Part shown: in pieces, positions 17,746-27,760 of the stretch | How positions within the stretch are numbered: the first letter of the stretch is position 1 | How the letters are laid out: the number at the start of each line of letters is the position of its first letter | Source of the DNA: Candidatus Hydrogenedentota bacterium | GTDB taxonomy: Bacteria > Hydrogenedentota > Hydrogenedentia > Hydrogenedentales > SLHB01 | Reading direction: 5' to 3' | Length of the DNA stretch: 64,000 nt | Assembly: GCA_034408725.1 (NCBI GenBank) | Contig: JAWXCN010000182.1 | Location: forward strand, 32,235-96,234 | Program-made: the position numbers and the translations under genes | Notes under the pieces: model-generated | The model's database searches: none | The model's input: only the letters and a program-made list of their open reading frames with translations | What the model was told of the DNA's origin: nothing

Positions 17746-18405
17746 GTGCCCACGCTTAATTCTATTGAACAAACGATTCTCGACGGTATGCTGGCCCGCA
17801 GGCCAGACCTGAAACATTGCGCGGACTCCATCGTATTGTTGCACGACAGACTTGTCCGGATGTACGACGCCGGCGGAAAGCTGCTGGTGTGTGGAAACGG
17901 CGGGAGCAATGCAGATGCCATGCACATTGCGGGCGAGCTATGCAAAAGCTTCGAGCGAAAGCGGACCCTGTCGGTATCGTTCGCGAAGAAACTGCGGTCG
18001 CTGCCTTGTGGCGAGGAGCTTGCCAATCACCTCGAGTCCGGTCTCGCGGCGATACCACTCGGATTTAACGGATCGCTGAAGACGGCTGTAGAAAACGATA
18101 TTGGATTGCGCGATATTGCGTTCGCGCAGGAAGCGATGGCGCTTGCAAAGCCAGACGACATTATTTTAGGCATATCGACGTCCGGGAATGCGACAAACTG
18201 CCTGATGGCCATGTCGGTGGTGAAGGCGCTGGGCGGTACGACGGTGTCGTTGACGGGTCCCCGCGGCGGCACAATGGCGGGGTTTGCCGATATAGCGATC
18301 AAGGCCCCGGGCGATTCGGTGAAGGTTATTCAGGAAGCGCATCTCGTGCTTTACCACACCATCTGCGCGATGATTGAGGCGCACTACTTCCCAGAGCCGC
18401 GGTAG
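17746..18405 (+). CDS. gmhA: SIS-domain phosphoheptose isomerase, GmhA-like.
   Basis: LLVCGNGGSNADAMHIAGEL and ILGISTSGNATNCLMA. GTG start 7 nt after the preceding stop. Confidence 0.75.
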   Translation: MPTLNSIEQTILDGMLARRPDLKHCADSIVLLHDRLVRMYDAGGKLLVCGNGGSNADAMHIAGELCKSFERKRTLSVSFAKKLRSLPCGEELANHLESGLAAIPLGFNGSLKTAVENDIGLRDIAFAQEAMALAKPDDIILGISTSGNATNCLMAMSVVKALGGTTVSLTGPRGGTMAGFADIAIKAPGDSVKVIQEAHLVLYHTICAMIEAHYFPEPR

Positions 18406-18406
18406 C

Positions 18407-19138
18407 TTATTCGGAGGCTGGCTTCTTCTCCGTGATGAGCACCGGGGCGCCTTCCGGCACCAGCGCAAACACTTCGATGACATCGGAGTTTTTCATGCGT
18501 ACACAGCCTTGTGAGGATGGCGTGCCAATCTTCTCTTCTTCGTTGGTGCCGTGGATGTAGATGTACCGGCTGTAGGAGTCTACATTTCCGCCAAGATTCT
18601 TGCCCGGTTCATAACCGTCAAGCCACAGAATGCGTGTCAGAACGAGGTCCTTCTTTGTGGATTGACCCGGCTTCCAAACCTCTTTCGTTGCGACTGCTCC
18701 ACGGAAGACCTGTCCGATGGGCGCGCCATCGCCGACTTTTCGTTTTACGTTATGCCAGCCCAGAGGTGTTTTTTGGCTATTCATTGCCGAGCCGGCACCG
18801 TTCTTTGCAGTAGCGCAAGCCCCTTGCCAGACGATGGTGTTTGCCTGGATTATCCGGAGGACTTGCTCATCGACCGACACCCAGACCGCGAGTCCGTTGC
18901 CGGCCCATTTTTCCCAGTTCTGTTCGGCAAGGTACGAATTCTGATCACCGGTCAGGGATGTGGTCACGGATTCACCTTCTTTGGGCGCGTGCGCGGCGGC
19001 GCTGCCCGGTGAGGCGGTCACAGTGTTTGACTCCGAGTTCGCTCCGCCAAATGGCATCGCGGCATACAGAAAGATGGCTGCACCAACGAACGCGCCTGGG
19101 CCCGCAACCGTCCGTGCAAAAGCAATGGGGGTTCTCAA
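18407..19138 (-). CDS. L,D-transpeptidase (YkuD family) with a signal peptide.
   Basis: Catalytic motif YIYIHGTNEEEKIGTPSSQGCVRMKNSDVIEV (H...SxGCxR). Confidence 0.8.
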   Translation of the reverse strand: MRTPIAFARTVAGPGAFVGAAIFLYAAMPFGGANSESNTVTASPGSAAAHAPKEGESVTTSLTGDQNSYLAEQNWEKWAGNGLAVWVSVDEQVLRIIQANTIVWQGACATAKNGAGSAMNSQKTPLGWHNVKRKVGDGAPIGQVFRGAVATKEVWKPGQSTKKDLVLTRILWLDGYEPGKNLGGNVDSYSRYIYIHGTNEEEKIGTPSSQGCVRMKNSDVIEVFALVPEGAPVLITEKKPASE

Positions 19139-19276
19139 TCAGTCCTCCGGAAAGTTCTCACACCAATTACACCATGCGCGCCAAAACAGGGCTGCGACGA
19201 AACAAATATGATAGCATACACCCGCGTCCGGGTTCATCCGCGCCGCAAGCCAAAAAAAGGGAGGGGTAGGGGAGCG

Positions 19277-20320
19277 ATGTTGAGGAAAATCGTGGCAGGA
19301 ATCATTCTGGGGATTGGAATTTCGTATAACACTATGGCAGACACCGCGTTACATGAAATCACGGCTGCGGCACAGGGCTTTTTGGCGTCGCTCACCGCTG
19401 AACAACGCGCAGCCACTGTACTGCCTTTCAATTCGGATGAGCGGCTCAACTGGCATTACGTGCCAAAGGTGCGGCAAGGCATTTCGATCAAGGCATTAAC
19501 GCCGGAGCAGCGGGACGTTGCGTTGGCAATTTTGAAGACTGCATTGAGCGCGCAGGGATTTGAAAAAATAGAGACCATTCGGAGTCTGGAAGATATATTG
19601 CACATCTTAGAAGGCGGCAAAGGTGCGGCACGGGACCTTGAACTCTACTATTTCACACTATTCGGCGAACCCTCGGAAAGTGGGAATTGGGGGCTACGCT
19701 ACGAAGGACACCATCTTTCGCTGCACTGGACGATTGTTAACGGTCAGATTGTATCTACCCTTCCTCAATTCATGGGATCGAATCCTGGTGAAGTGAAAAG
19801 CGGACCCAAGCAAGGGACGCGGCCTTTGAGCGCGGAAGAAGACCTTGCGCGCGCGCTCGTCACGTCATTGGATGAAAAGCAGCGTGCCGAATGTGTTTTG
19901 CAGCAAGCAGTCCCGGCAGACATTATCACTGGCGCGTCGCGAGAAGCCGCGATCGAGGGGCACGTCGGATTGGGATATGGCGCGATGACGGCCGATCAAC
20001 AGGGCTTGCTGATCAGTCTGATCCAGGTACTCGCGGATGTTCAGCGAAAGGAACTCGCCGAGAAGCGCGTGGCGAGCCTGCGCGAGGCCGGGATCGAGAA
20101 CATCAAGTTCGCATGGATTGGAGGATTCGAGAGAGGGGAGAAACACTATTACCGCGTGCAGGGCCCGACTTTCGTGATAGAATATGACAACACTCAAAAC
20201 GACGCGAACCATGTTCATGTCGTTTGGCGGGATTTTCAGGGTGATTTCGGCATGGACGTTTTGAAGAAACATTATGTGTCGCACGCCGATACGGCCCATC
20301 CGCGGGAACACAAACACTGA
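19277..20320 (+). CDS. DUF3500-family protein. The start is at MLRKIVAGIILGIGIS, after a GGGAGGGG ribosome-binding site.
   Basis: LPFNSDERLNWHYVPK...LELYYFTLFGEPSESGNWGLRYEGHHLSLHWTIVNGQ matches DUF3500 family sequences. Confidence 0.7.
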   Translation: MLRKIVAGIILGIGISYNTMADTALHEITAAAQGFLASLTAEQRAATVLPFNSDERLNWHYVPKVRQGISIKALTPEQRDVALAILKTALSAQGFEKIETIRSLEDILHILEGGKGAARDLELYYFTLFGEPSESGNWGLRYEGHHLSLHWTIVNGQIVSTLPQFMGSNPGEVKSGPKQGTRPLSAEEDLARALVTSLDEKQRAECVLQQAVPADIITGASREAAIEGHVGLGYGAMTADQQGLLISLIQVLADVQRKELAEKRVASLREAGIENIKFAWIGGFERGEKHYYRVQGPTFVIEYDNTQNDANHVHVVWRDFQGDFGMDVLKKHYVSHADTAHPREHKH

Positions 20321-20327
20321 GCCGTCC

Positions 20328-21248
20328 GTGCCGGTATTGACGCGACGTTCGTTGGCCGCGCTGTTGTGGGTTATTGGCGCGGGTGTTTTTGCGGCATTTG
20401 TCGTGGTTGTGGGTTGGCGTCCGATTGCGGATGCACTCGCCAACGCGCACGTGGGCAAACTGACGGGGATGTCGCTTGTCACCGTTGCCGCGCTCTGGTT
20501 GCGCGTGTATAAATGGCGCATCGCATTGGGGCCGGCGCCCGGCGCCATTCCCTTATTTTGGATGTCGAAGGCGGCGGGGGAATTCTCTCCCGGACGCGTG
20601 GGCGAGTTATCACCGCTGTTGTTGAAGCGCTACCGCACGCCGCGCATTGCGGCGTGGATCGTGTTAGATCGCGTGTTGGAAATGACGGCCACGATTGGAC
20701 TTGGCGTGGCGGGTATCCTATTGATACGTGTGCCCAACCAAACTACTGCGATTCTTGCCGCATCTCTGATCTCTTTCTCCATGCTGGCCGCGCTCTACCT
20801 GATGTCGAAGCGTGCATTGTTCGAGTGGTTGGCGGCGTGGGCTGGCTCGGAATCCCGAATCGGACGCGCCTTGCTATTTTTCGCGGAGGCCGGCTCTGAA
20901 ATACGCGCATTCAGGGGCGCCATGCCCGGCGCGATGGTGATTACGCTGATTGCAGGATTCGCAGATGTTTGGGCGGGAATGTTGTTGTACTCCGCATTCG
21001 GGACACACGTTTCGTTTGCCCTAATGGCGGCGGTAAAAGGTCTCCACGCCATCACGAGTGCCATTCCCCTCACCCCGAACGCGACCGGTGTTCCCTATCT
21101 CACCGCGGCGGTATTGCTGCATGAAGTTGGCGGCGTTTCCTCCGAAGTGCTGATCGCGGCAATTGCCGTTGCGGTAGCGATTACCAATATTGTGTTCTGG
21201 TTATCGGCGCTGGCGGCAGCGCCTTCGTTGCGCTCGGCGAATTTCTAA
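20328..21248 (+). CDS. Polytopic membrane protein of the UPF0104 / lysylphosphatidylglycerol-synthase-TM-region (flippase-like) family. GTG start at 20328.
   Basis: Eight or so hydrophobic segments, about 306 aa. In-frame GTG directly after the upstream stop. Family assignment is from overall pattern only. Confidence 0.5.
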   Translation: MPVLTRRSLAALLWVIGAGVFAAFVVVVGWRPIADALANAHVGKLTGMSLVTVAALWLRVYKWRIALGPAPGAIPLFWMSKAAGEFSPGRVGELSPLLLKRYRTPRIAAWIVLDRVLEMTATIGLGVAGILLIRVPNQTTAILAASLISFSMLAALYLMSKRALFEWLAAWAGSESRIGRALLFFAEAGSEIRAFRGAMPGAMVITLIAGFADVWAGMLLYSAFGTHVSFALMAAVKGLHAITSAIPLTPNATGVPYLTAAVLLHEVGGVSSEVLIAAIAVAVAITNIVFWLSALAAAPSLRSANF

Positions 21249-21698
21249 AGGTTTGTCGCCGAAGGCGCGTGAACGCCTCCGGCGACTTCGTTTCCCCCTG
21301 CAACCGCTAGAAAACAAGCCAGAATACAACCCCAATCATGATGGTAGAACCCAAGACCATTTTCGAGATTGCGCCCCAATCGAGTTGTGACTCCGCGCGT
21401 GACCGATGACCGAGTCGTTGCGCGGTGGTGTGGGTGCGGTGGCTGATCTGCTGACGGCAACTTGCGTGCGTAACCATTTCCTTATCCTCCCTCTAAGCCT
21501 TGCGCTCCTTCTTTTGCGCTGGCTTTGATTCCCAATCCCGTTGTCGCATTAGATAGAGCATGTGTCGTGCCAACAAGGGGAGTGTGCGCTATCGCATTTA
21601 ATGGAAAGGAGTTGGCCTGGGAGGTTAGTTTGCGAGGTGCGGTGTGGGCAGATCCGCGTTTAGAAACTGAACAAGTTAAAGTAAAGTAACTGTACAAT

Positions 21699-23090
21699 TC
21701 ACGCCTGTGCGTGCGTACTGTCGCGGAAAACAACCCGTTCGACTGCGCGAACAGCCGACACAACGCAGTCATTCAGTCCAACTCCGCGATAAGCGTTCCC
21801 AGCGAAAACCAGGCCGGGGTTGCGATTCTCCGCGGCTTCGATGGCTGCCAACCGGCCGCCGTGCCCGAGTGTATATTGCGGGATACCGCGTGCGTGCCGA
21901 AAGACCTGTGTAAGTAGAGGTGCTCCGGAAATACGGAGAAGGGAATGCACCTCATTGCGCACGACGTCCATGAGTTGTTCGTGGTCAAGTTCTAACGCAC
22001 TAGGGTCAGTCGCCCCTCCGATCATCGTCCGGATCAATACGTGATCGGCGGGCGCTTCGTGTGGAAAAATCGATGATGTCCACAAACACCCAAGCGTGCG
22101 CTTGCCTTCCCTTTTCGGGACGAGGTATCCGAATCCTCCGAGTGGATGATCGACTTGCTGACGGGTGTAGGCAGAACATACAACCGTGATGCCCGCGTAT
22201 GGGATGGCTTCGAGATTTGTAGCGGCCTCGCCGTCTAAGGACGCCAACAGCGCCGCGGCACGGAATGCAGGTATCGTCACGACGACGTACTCTGCGTTAA
22301 TGGAGTGTCCCTGCCCGGTCTTAATTTGATACGAACTACCGATGCGTTCGATAGTCTGCGCGGCATCCGCGATCAGGACACGGTCTCCCAGTGTGTTGCT
22401 GGACGCTTCCGCGAGATACCCCATCCCTCTGCGAAAGGATGTCAATACACCGCCCGGCCCCATGCTGTCTCCAGCTCGCGAATTCCTTTTCTTTGCGAAC
22501 ATTCCACGTAGCAGTGAGCCGTATTCGCGTTCCAGGGCCGCGATGCGCGGAAAGCAATCGACCATCGACAACTCTTTCGCGTCGCCACCATAGACGCCAC
22601 TCGCCATGCAGGACACGAGGGTGTCGGCGGCTTCCGGACCGAGTCTGCGTGCCGCAAAACTCCAGACGGTCTCAGGATCGTTGCCACGTTTGCGGGACAC
22701 AAGGGGCTCTCGCATAAGGCGCAGACGGCCGGACAATGACAATAGGGGACTCAGCAGGAACGCGGGCGGTTTCCGGATTTCGATGAGCGCATTATTCTTG
22801 AGAATGAATCGCCGTGCCGCCGATTCATCGGCGCGCACCAGTTCGCCACTCAATCCCAATTCGTCAATCCATTTCAAAGTCAATGGTTCACGGTCTAGAA
22901 ATCCGTTTGGGCCCCAGTCGAGGCAGAATCCGTCCACGATATCTGTTCGCGCGGCGCCGCCGGTGGCGTTGGCCGCTTCAAGCAGAAGTACGCGGGTGCG
23001 TCCGAAAAATTCACTAAGGTAGTGGGCGGCGCAAAGGCCCGTGATGCCGCCGCCGAGGACGAGTGCTTTGCATTCGTATCGCATTACCAA
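21699..23090 (-). CDS. hemY: Protoporphyrinogen/coproporphyrinogen oxidase, HemY-type FAD amine oxidase fold.
   Basis: N-terminal dinucleotide fold KALVLGGGITGLCAAHYL...LLEAANATGGAARTDIVDGFCLDWGPNGF, and overall PPOX-like length and motifs. Confidence 0.7.
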   Translation of the reverse strand: MVMRYECKALVLGGGITGLCAAHYLSEFFGRTRVLLLEAANATGGAARTDIVDGFCLDWGPNGFLDREPLTLKWIDELGLSGELVRADESAARRFILKNNALIEIRKPPAFLLSPLLSLSGRLRLMREPLVSRKRGNDPETVWSFAARRLGPEAADTLVSCMASGVYGGDAKELSMVDCFPRIAALEREYGSLLRGMFAKKRNSRAGDSMGPGGVLTSFRRGMGYLAEASSNTLGDRVLIADAAQTIERIGSSYQIKTGQGHSINAEYVVVTIPAFRAAALLASLDGEAATNLEAIPYAGITVVCSAYTRQQVDHPLGGFGYLVPKREGKRTLGCLWTSSIFPHEAPADHVLIRTMIGGATDPSALELDHEQLMDVVRNEVHSLLRISGAPLLTQVFRHARGIPQYTLGHGGRLAAIEAAENRNPGLVFAGNAYRGVGLNDCVVSAVRAVERVVFRDSTHAQA

Positions 23091-23160
23091 ACCATTTGTA
23101 AATAGGAAGTGTCAGTTACGGGATCACACGACGCCTCGTATACTATAGCTGAACCTGGGA

Positions 23161-24360
23161 ATGGGCAAACCACCCGTCGTGTTGGAACAAAATATGAGCG
23201 ACAACTTTTATCCCGCACCGCCTTCAGCTCCGCGCAACAAATATTTTTTCATCGCCGTGCTGGTTGCCCTCGCATTGACAGGAGGCATGGGAGTTGGCTA
23301 CGCGCTTGCACGGTCCACGTGGCGCGCAGACGGCGAGCCGCTTGCAACCACCCTGACGAATACGAACGGCGATGCGGTATCCAACTTATCCGCTACGGCA
23401 CGCGTATCGAATCTTCCGGCCGGCGAGTTCCGGCCCAAGCAGGAAGAAGGGACGCTGCTGACGTATCGATTGGACGCGGAGATCGCGGGCGGGGGGACGG
23501 AAGCGGGAGAATTTTCCGAAGTGTATATGAACTTCGGAAGCGATGTGTCTTTGTATACGAAGCGCGTCGCTCCGGATGGCAGCGCGGACCTTAGGTTTAC
23601 ATTCGAGAACACGGGGCTTGCGGGCACGTTTTTCGACAGCCCGTTCGAACTGCGGTTCAGCAACGCGGTGCAAACCACGGACAACACGGACACACCGGCT
23701 GGCGCGCCGGAAAACCCGCAGACGACGTTTTTGTCCGAACCCATAGAAATGCGGATTGGCCCGGACGGTGAGGTGCTGGCTATCAGCAACCCATCATCGT
23801 TGAAGGACATGTTGGGAACAATCGTGACGGTGCCGCAACTGACTTTTCCCGAAGGAGAACTGGCGGAAGGCAGACAATGGGTCACACATCTGTCGCTGCC
23901 CGTGCCCGGGATTGCAAACGCCGTCGATACACAGATTGTGAATACGTTTGTTGGCGTTGAGCGAATGGGGGAGTATGAATGTGGCGTCGTCCGGCAACAT
24001 CTCGGTGCAACGGAAGTAGACACCCAGGCTTCAGCGCCTTCGGGGCCAAATGAAGAGCCCATGTTATTCAGCGTGCCGCTCTTCGATCTGACCGGCGAGA
24101 ACTTGATCTATTTCGATACGGCGACGGGCCGGCTTGTCCACGCGACGCTCGATATGAAATTTGAGTTGCGCATCAAGGAGCAACTGGGCGAGGCGGGAAA
24201 CTTGCTTCAACAAATACTTCCGCGGTTATCCGGCGAAGAAGGCGCTGAAAACATTGACGACATCTTGTCGCCGGAAGGAAAGCCTGATTTGATGGACCTG
24301 TCGCTGGACATTGATGGCGCGTTCTCCCTGGTGAACGACGGTCCGCCACTCCCCATTTGA
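23161..24360 (+). CDS. Hypothetical single-pass membrane-anchored protein. An alternative start is the ATG at 23194.
   Basis: N-terminal anchor YFFIAVLVALALTGGMGVGYALA followed by a large Thr/Gly-rich ectodomain. Confidence 0.5.
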   Translation: MGKPPVVLEQNMSDNFYPAPPSAPRNKYFFIAVLVALALTGGMGVGYALARSTWRADGEPLATTLTNTNGDAVSNLSATARVSNLPAGEFRPKQEEGTLLTYRLDAEIAGGGTEAGEFSEVYMNFGSDVSLYTKRVAPDGSADLRFTFENTGLAGTFFDSPFELRFSNAVQTTDNTDTPAGAPENPQTTFLSEPIEMRIGPDGEVLAISNPSSLKDMLGTIVTVPQLTFPEGELAEGRQWVTHLSLPVPGIANAVDTQIVNTFVGVERMGEYECGVVRQHLGATEVDTQASAPSGPNEEPMLFSVPLFDLTGENLIYFDTATGRLVHATLDMKFELRIKEQLGEAGNLLQQILPRLSGEEGAENIDDILSPEGKPDLMDLSLDIDGAFSLVNDGPPLPI

Positions 24361-24367
24361 CGTCTGC

Positions 24368-25855
24368 TTACCGGTACTGAGACGCCCAATGTTCCATGCG
24401 CTGGTCTTCGTGCTTCATACGCCAGCGCAACATTCGCTGGCAAAATGAAGCAACCACGCCGGCGTACTTCTCATTTTCGGCGAGGTTGACGTGTTCTCCG
24501 GGATCGAGTTGGAGATCGAACAGCAGCGGTGGCAGCGATTGCGCGCCAAACTGGACGTACTTGTATCGATCGTCGCGAATGACCCACAGGACGCAGGCGT
24601 CCGGGTCTTCGTCCAGAAGACCATCATATTTCCCGCGAAAATCATATTCGAAATGTACCGAAGCTTTCCCAAATGACTCGTCGGGCGAGTGAAGCGCAGG
24701 CAACAGACTTGTGCCTTGCACACGGTCCGGTACGGGAACGCCGAGATATTCAAGAATTGTTGGCGCAATGTCAATCGATTCGCACAATCCACCAAACTGA
24801 GTGCCTCGCGAGCCATCTGCATTCGCGGAAGGATCGCGGATAATTAGGGGAACCCGCATGGTCTCGTCATAGAAATGGCCTTTGTCGAGAAAATAGTGAT
24901 CGCCAAGATACTCGCCGTGGTCCGAGGTAAACACGATGAGGGTGTTTTTTCCCTGGCCCGTGGCTTTCAGTGTTTCCATGATCCGGCCGATGTTTGCGTC
25001 CACTTCCGAAATCATTCCGTAGTAGCAGGCGCGGGTTTCGCGCAAATCACGTTCCGATTCAAGTTGCGGGCATGACCGTGCCATCTGAAGGTACGGGTGC
25101 GTTGGGTTGTGTTCTTCCGCGCGCCGGTTTGCAGATGGCATACGTGACGCCTCGTACATGGCGTGGTACGGAGCGGGACAAATGCGCGGAGGGTGCGGCT
25201 TGATGAAGTTGACGCTCGCAAACCAACCCGCGGATGTCTGCCCGCTAATGTAATCGCACGCCTGGTCCGTAAGAAAACGGCATTCACTATCCTCGTGCGC
25301 ATACAACGCGGGGAAATGAAGAGGAAGATGAGCGCCCAGACCTTCTTTCGGCACATCATGCGTAACCGTAATCTCCGGACCGCACAGGTGATCCGGATAG
25401 CCCTTTGCGCGGAGACTCTCGAAATATTGCGGTGAATGGTATTCGTGGTTGTAGATATGATCGAAGCCCGGCAGAAAATTGGAAAAACTCAACGAAGTTT
25501 TTCGTGGATCATCAGGAGGGAGTTCGCCAGGATCGAGCGAATAGTCGTTGTATCCGAATATCGCAGTGCGAAACCCCGCTTCCTTAATCTTGAGTGCAGC
25601 GTTCTCATTGGCGTCGCTAAGTGGCGTGTAGTTGTTCACGGCGCGTGTTGAACACATGTACCTGCCGGTGTAAATGCACATCCGGCTCGGTCCGCACGGA
25701 CTGGTCTGCACAAAACACCGTTTGAACAGCACGCCGGATTCTGCCAATGCGTCGAGATTTGGCGTATTGATGATCGAGTTTCCGCCGGCGCCCAAGCAGT
25801 CCCAGCGGAACTGATCAGCGATGATTAAGAGGACGTTTCGCGCCGGGGCGATCAT
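24368..25855 (-). CDS. Sulfatase (arylsulfatase family, formylglycine-dependent).
   Basis: Formylglycine motif SPCGPSRMCIYTGRY (C-x-P-x-R). Metal-binding LLIIADQFRWD. Confidence 0.85.
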   Translation of the reverse strand: MIAPARNVLLIIADQFRWDCLGAGGNSIINTPNLDALAESGVLFKRCFVQTSPCGPSRMCIYTGRYMCSTRAVNNYTPLSDANENAALKIKEAGFRTAIFGYNDYSLDPGELPPDDPRKTSLSFSNFLPGFDHIYNHEYHSPQYFESLRAKGYPDHLCGPEITVTHDVPKEGLGAHLPLHFPALYAHEDSECRFLTDQACDYISGQTSAGWFASVNFIKPHPPRICPAPYHAMYEASRMPSANRRAEEHNPTHPYLQMARSCPQLESERDLRETRACYYGMISEVDANIGRIMETLKATGQGKNTLIVFTSDHGEYLGDHYFLDKGHFYDETMRVPLIIRDPSANADGSRGTQFGGLCESIDIAPTILEYLGVPVPDRVQGTSLLPALHSPDESFGKASVHFEYDFRGKYDGLLDEDPDACVLWVIRDDRYKYVQFGAQSLPPLLFDLQLDPGEHVNLAENEKYAGVVASFCQRMLRWRMKHEDQRMEHWASQYR

Positions 25856-25865
25856 GCGAAATCGA

Positions 25866-26366
25866 TTAGCGCCGGCGATCAGGAGAAGGCAATAAATCTG
25901 AACGATACGTTACACCCGCAATTTTTAGTTGATCACCCGATCCCGAAAAAGCGAATTCTACTGTGGCGGGGCCATGCTCGAATTCCGCATCGTACAAAGC
26001 CTGGGTCACGACGCCGGACCGATCCGATTCGACACTAATTCCCCGCACGGTTTTAATCTGGTATTGCCCAAGTGTCCGGCGCACGGCGCTGGACGTGCCG
26101 AGAAAGTCTTCCGCGCTGCTGACTTCTGCCAACGAAGGATGCGCATCCGAATAGACTTGCGCGAAATTGCCCGTGTTATACGACACGAAATAGTCATCGA
26201 CCGCGGGTTCGACGGCATAGTCGCCGATATGCAGAAGAAGGTAGATAGATCCAAAGAGGAGCACCACGATCGAGAGCCCGCCGACAATACCCGCAAACAA
26301 CCAACTGATGCCTCCTCTCCGGCCATCAGCGCGCACTGCTCTTACCGTTTCGAGATTTTCAGTCAT
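25866..26366 (-). CDS. Hypothetical N-terminally anchored membrane protein, co-oriented with and immediately upstream of the sulfatase. The start is the internal MTENLETV.
   Basis: TM segment ISWLFAGIVGGLSIVVLLFGSIYLLL. No motif recognised. Confidence 0.5.
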   Translation of the reverse strand: MTENLETVRAVRADGRRGGISWLFAGIVGGLSIVVLLFGSIYLLLHIGDYAVEPAVDDYFVSYNTGNFAQVYSDAHPSLAEVSSAEDFLGTSSAVRRTLGQYQIKTVRGISVESDRSGVVTQALYDAEFEHGPATVEFAFSGSGDQLKIAGVTYRSDLLPSPDRRR

Positions 26367-26448
26367 CTGCCTTCCTTGCAAGTACCGAAGTGACACCAGT
26401 AGAAGATACGCATTCTTTAACCTATTTTCCAGGAACACACCGCACTGA

Positions 26449-26640
26449 CTTGTCGTGCATTACCCGTGAATACCGAAGAATACTCCCACCCCCAGGCAAG
26501 ATTATCTTCGTTGGCGATGCCCAGGTAGTAGGTTTCGCCCGCAGTGAGGGCAAGGGGATCGAGCAGGAGCTCGTAGTAGTATTCGTCCATCGCGTCGAAA
26601 ACGATGTCATTTCCTGTATCAACGTGTGTTTTGGCACTGC
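26449..26640 (-). pseudogene. Start-less and truncated relic of a PEP-CTERM-protein paralogue, antisense to and just upstream of the intact PEP-CTERM gene.
   Basis: Minus-strand translation ...VDTGNDIVFDAMDEYYYELLLDPLALTAGETYYLGIANEDNLAWGWEYSSVF... aligns with NTIVFDEYNYVMNIDPLDLSANTTYWLSIVNDTGEELWFWSFSD of the protein at 27006-27638. An in-frame stop lies upstream and there is no start codon. Confidence 0.45.
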
Positions 26641-27005
26641 GATCGATCGTTTAGACGAGATTGAATTCGTCGTCGAAGATCTACAGTGAATGGTGCAAAC
26701 TGGTTTCAGGACGAAAACGAATTTCTGGCAGGTCCTGGCGAATTTGCCCACCAAATCACCGGTCCTGGCGGCCCCGCGGTAAAATTTTTCCGTATTCATT
26801 AGTCACTGCTGACAAACCCTTGTCTAAATGTTTGAGCAGTTTTTTTGTCAATAGATTACTCAATTGTCGTAACTTACTGGTATTTATAGTTTTGCAAAAT
26901 ACACCCAATGTGGCCCGAATCTTGCGCATCCACTATGCGTTGTACCCGCTACTTTTGGGGCACAAATTTCCGGACTTGTTGAGCAGTAGAAAAAGGAGCA
27001 GGGTT

Positions 27006-27638
27006 ATGCGGTTGAAAGTGGGTTTCGTTGCCATCCTCATTGGGGTTCTCCTCTCGGGGTCAGCGGGCGCGAGTGTTATTTACGATAACGGGGCGTCTGT
27101 ATTGAACTTTGGAGCCCTCGGCTCTTCTGGCCTTTTCCCAGCCGCCGACAATTTCATTTTAGCGGAAGGCTTCACAACGATTACTGACATTCATTGGTCG
27201 GGCTTCTACCTAGAGGGTGCGCCGTCCGACAGTTTCACCGTCTATATTTATGGAGATGACGGTGGTTCGCCCGGCGCCGCGCCGTTACACACGTTAACCG
27301 ATACGGTCGAACGCACGGACAGCGGGCTAAACAACACCATCGTTTTCGATGAATACAATTACGTAATGAATATTGACCCGCTTGATCTGTCCGCCAACAC
27401 GACGTACTGGCTTTCCATTGTCAATGACACCGGCGAAGAGTTGTGGTTTTGGTCGTTTTCGGATTTAGAGGACGGCGATGCCCATCAGAAAGCCGTTTCG
27501 GCTTGGGTCGACCTTGATGTCGAGCTGGCATTTCAACTCACGGATGATGCCGTCGTGCCGGAACCGGCCTCCATGACGCTGCTCGGACTTGGGTTGGTCG
27601 CGTTCGCGGTCCGCCAGCGCTATCTGCGCGCGCGCTAA
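27006..27638 (+). CDS. PEP-CTERM sorting-domain secreted protein. The start is the ATG at 27006, after an AAGGAG ribosome-binding site.
   Basis: Signal peptide MRLKVGFVAILIGVLLSGSAGAS. C-terminal VPEPASMTLLGLGLVAFAVRQRYLRAR is the PEP motif followed by a TM helix and an Arg-rich tail. Confidence 0.75.
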   Translation: MRLKVGFVAILIGVLLSGSAGASVIYDNGASVLNFGALGSSGLFPAADNFILAEGFTTITDIHWSGFYLEGAPSDSFTVYIYGDDGGSPGAAPLHTLTDTVERTDSGLNNTIVFDEYNYVMNIDPLDLSANTTYWLSIVNDTGEELWFWSFSDLEDGDAHQKAVSAWVDLDVELAFQLTDDAVVPEPASMTLLGLGLVAFAVRQRYLRAR

Positions 27639-27662
27639 CGATCTTTGATCTTGTTATCCTCG

Positions 27663-27690
27663 CCGCCTCCCGTCCGGGAGGCGGTTTTTT
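27663..27690 (+). terminator. Rho-independent terminator after the PEP-CTERM gene.
   Basis: ccgcctccc gtcc gggaggcgg followed by tttttt: a 9-bp GC stem, 4-nt loop and U-tract. Confidence 0.6.
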
Positions 27691-27760
27691 CCCTTCGTTG
27701 GACGCAAGTTTTGAAGCGCACCATTCGCAGTGCCGGGAAGGTGGCGGAAACTTATCTGGT

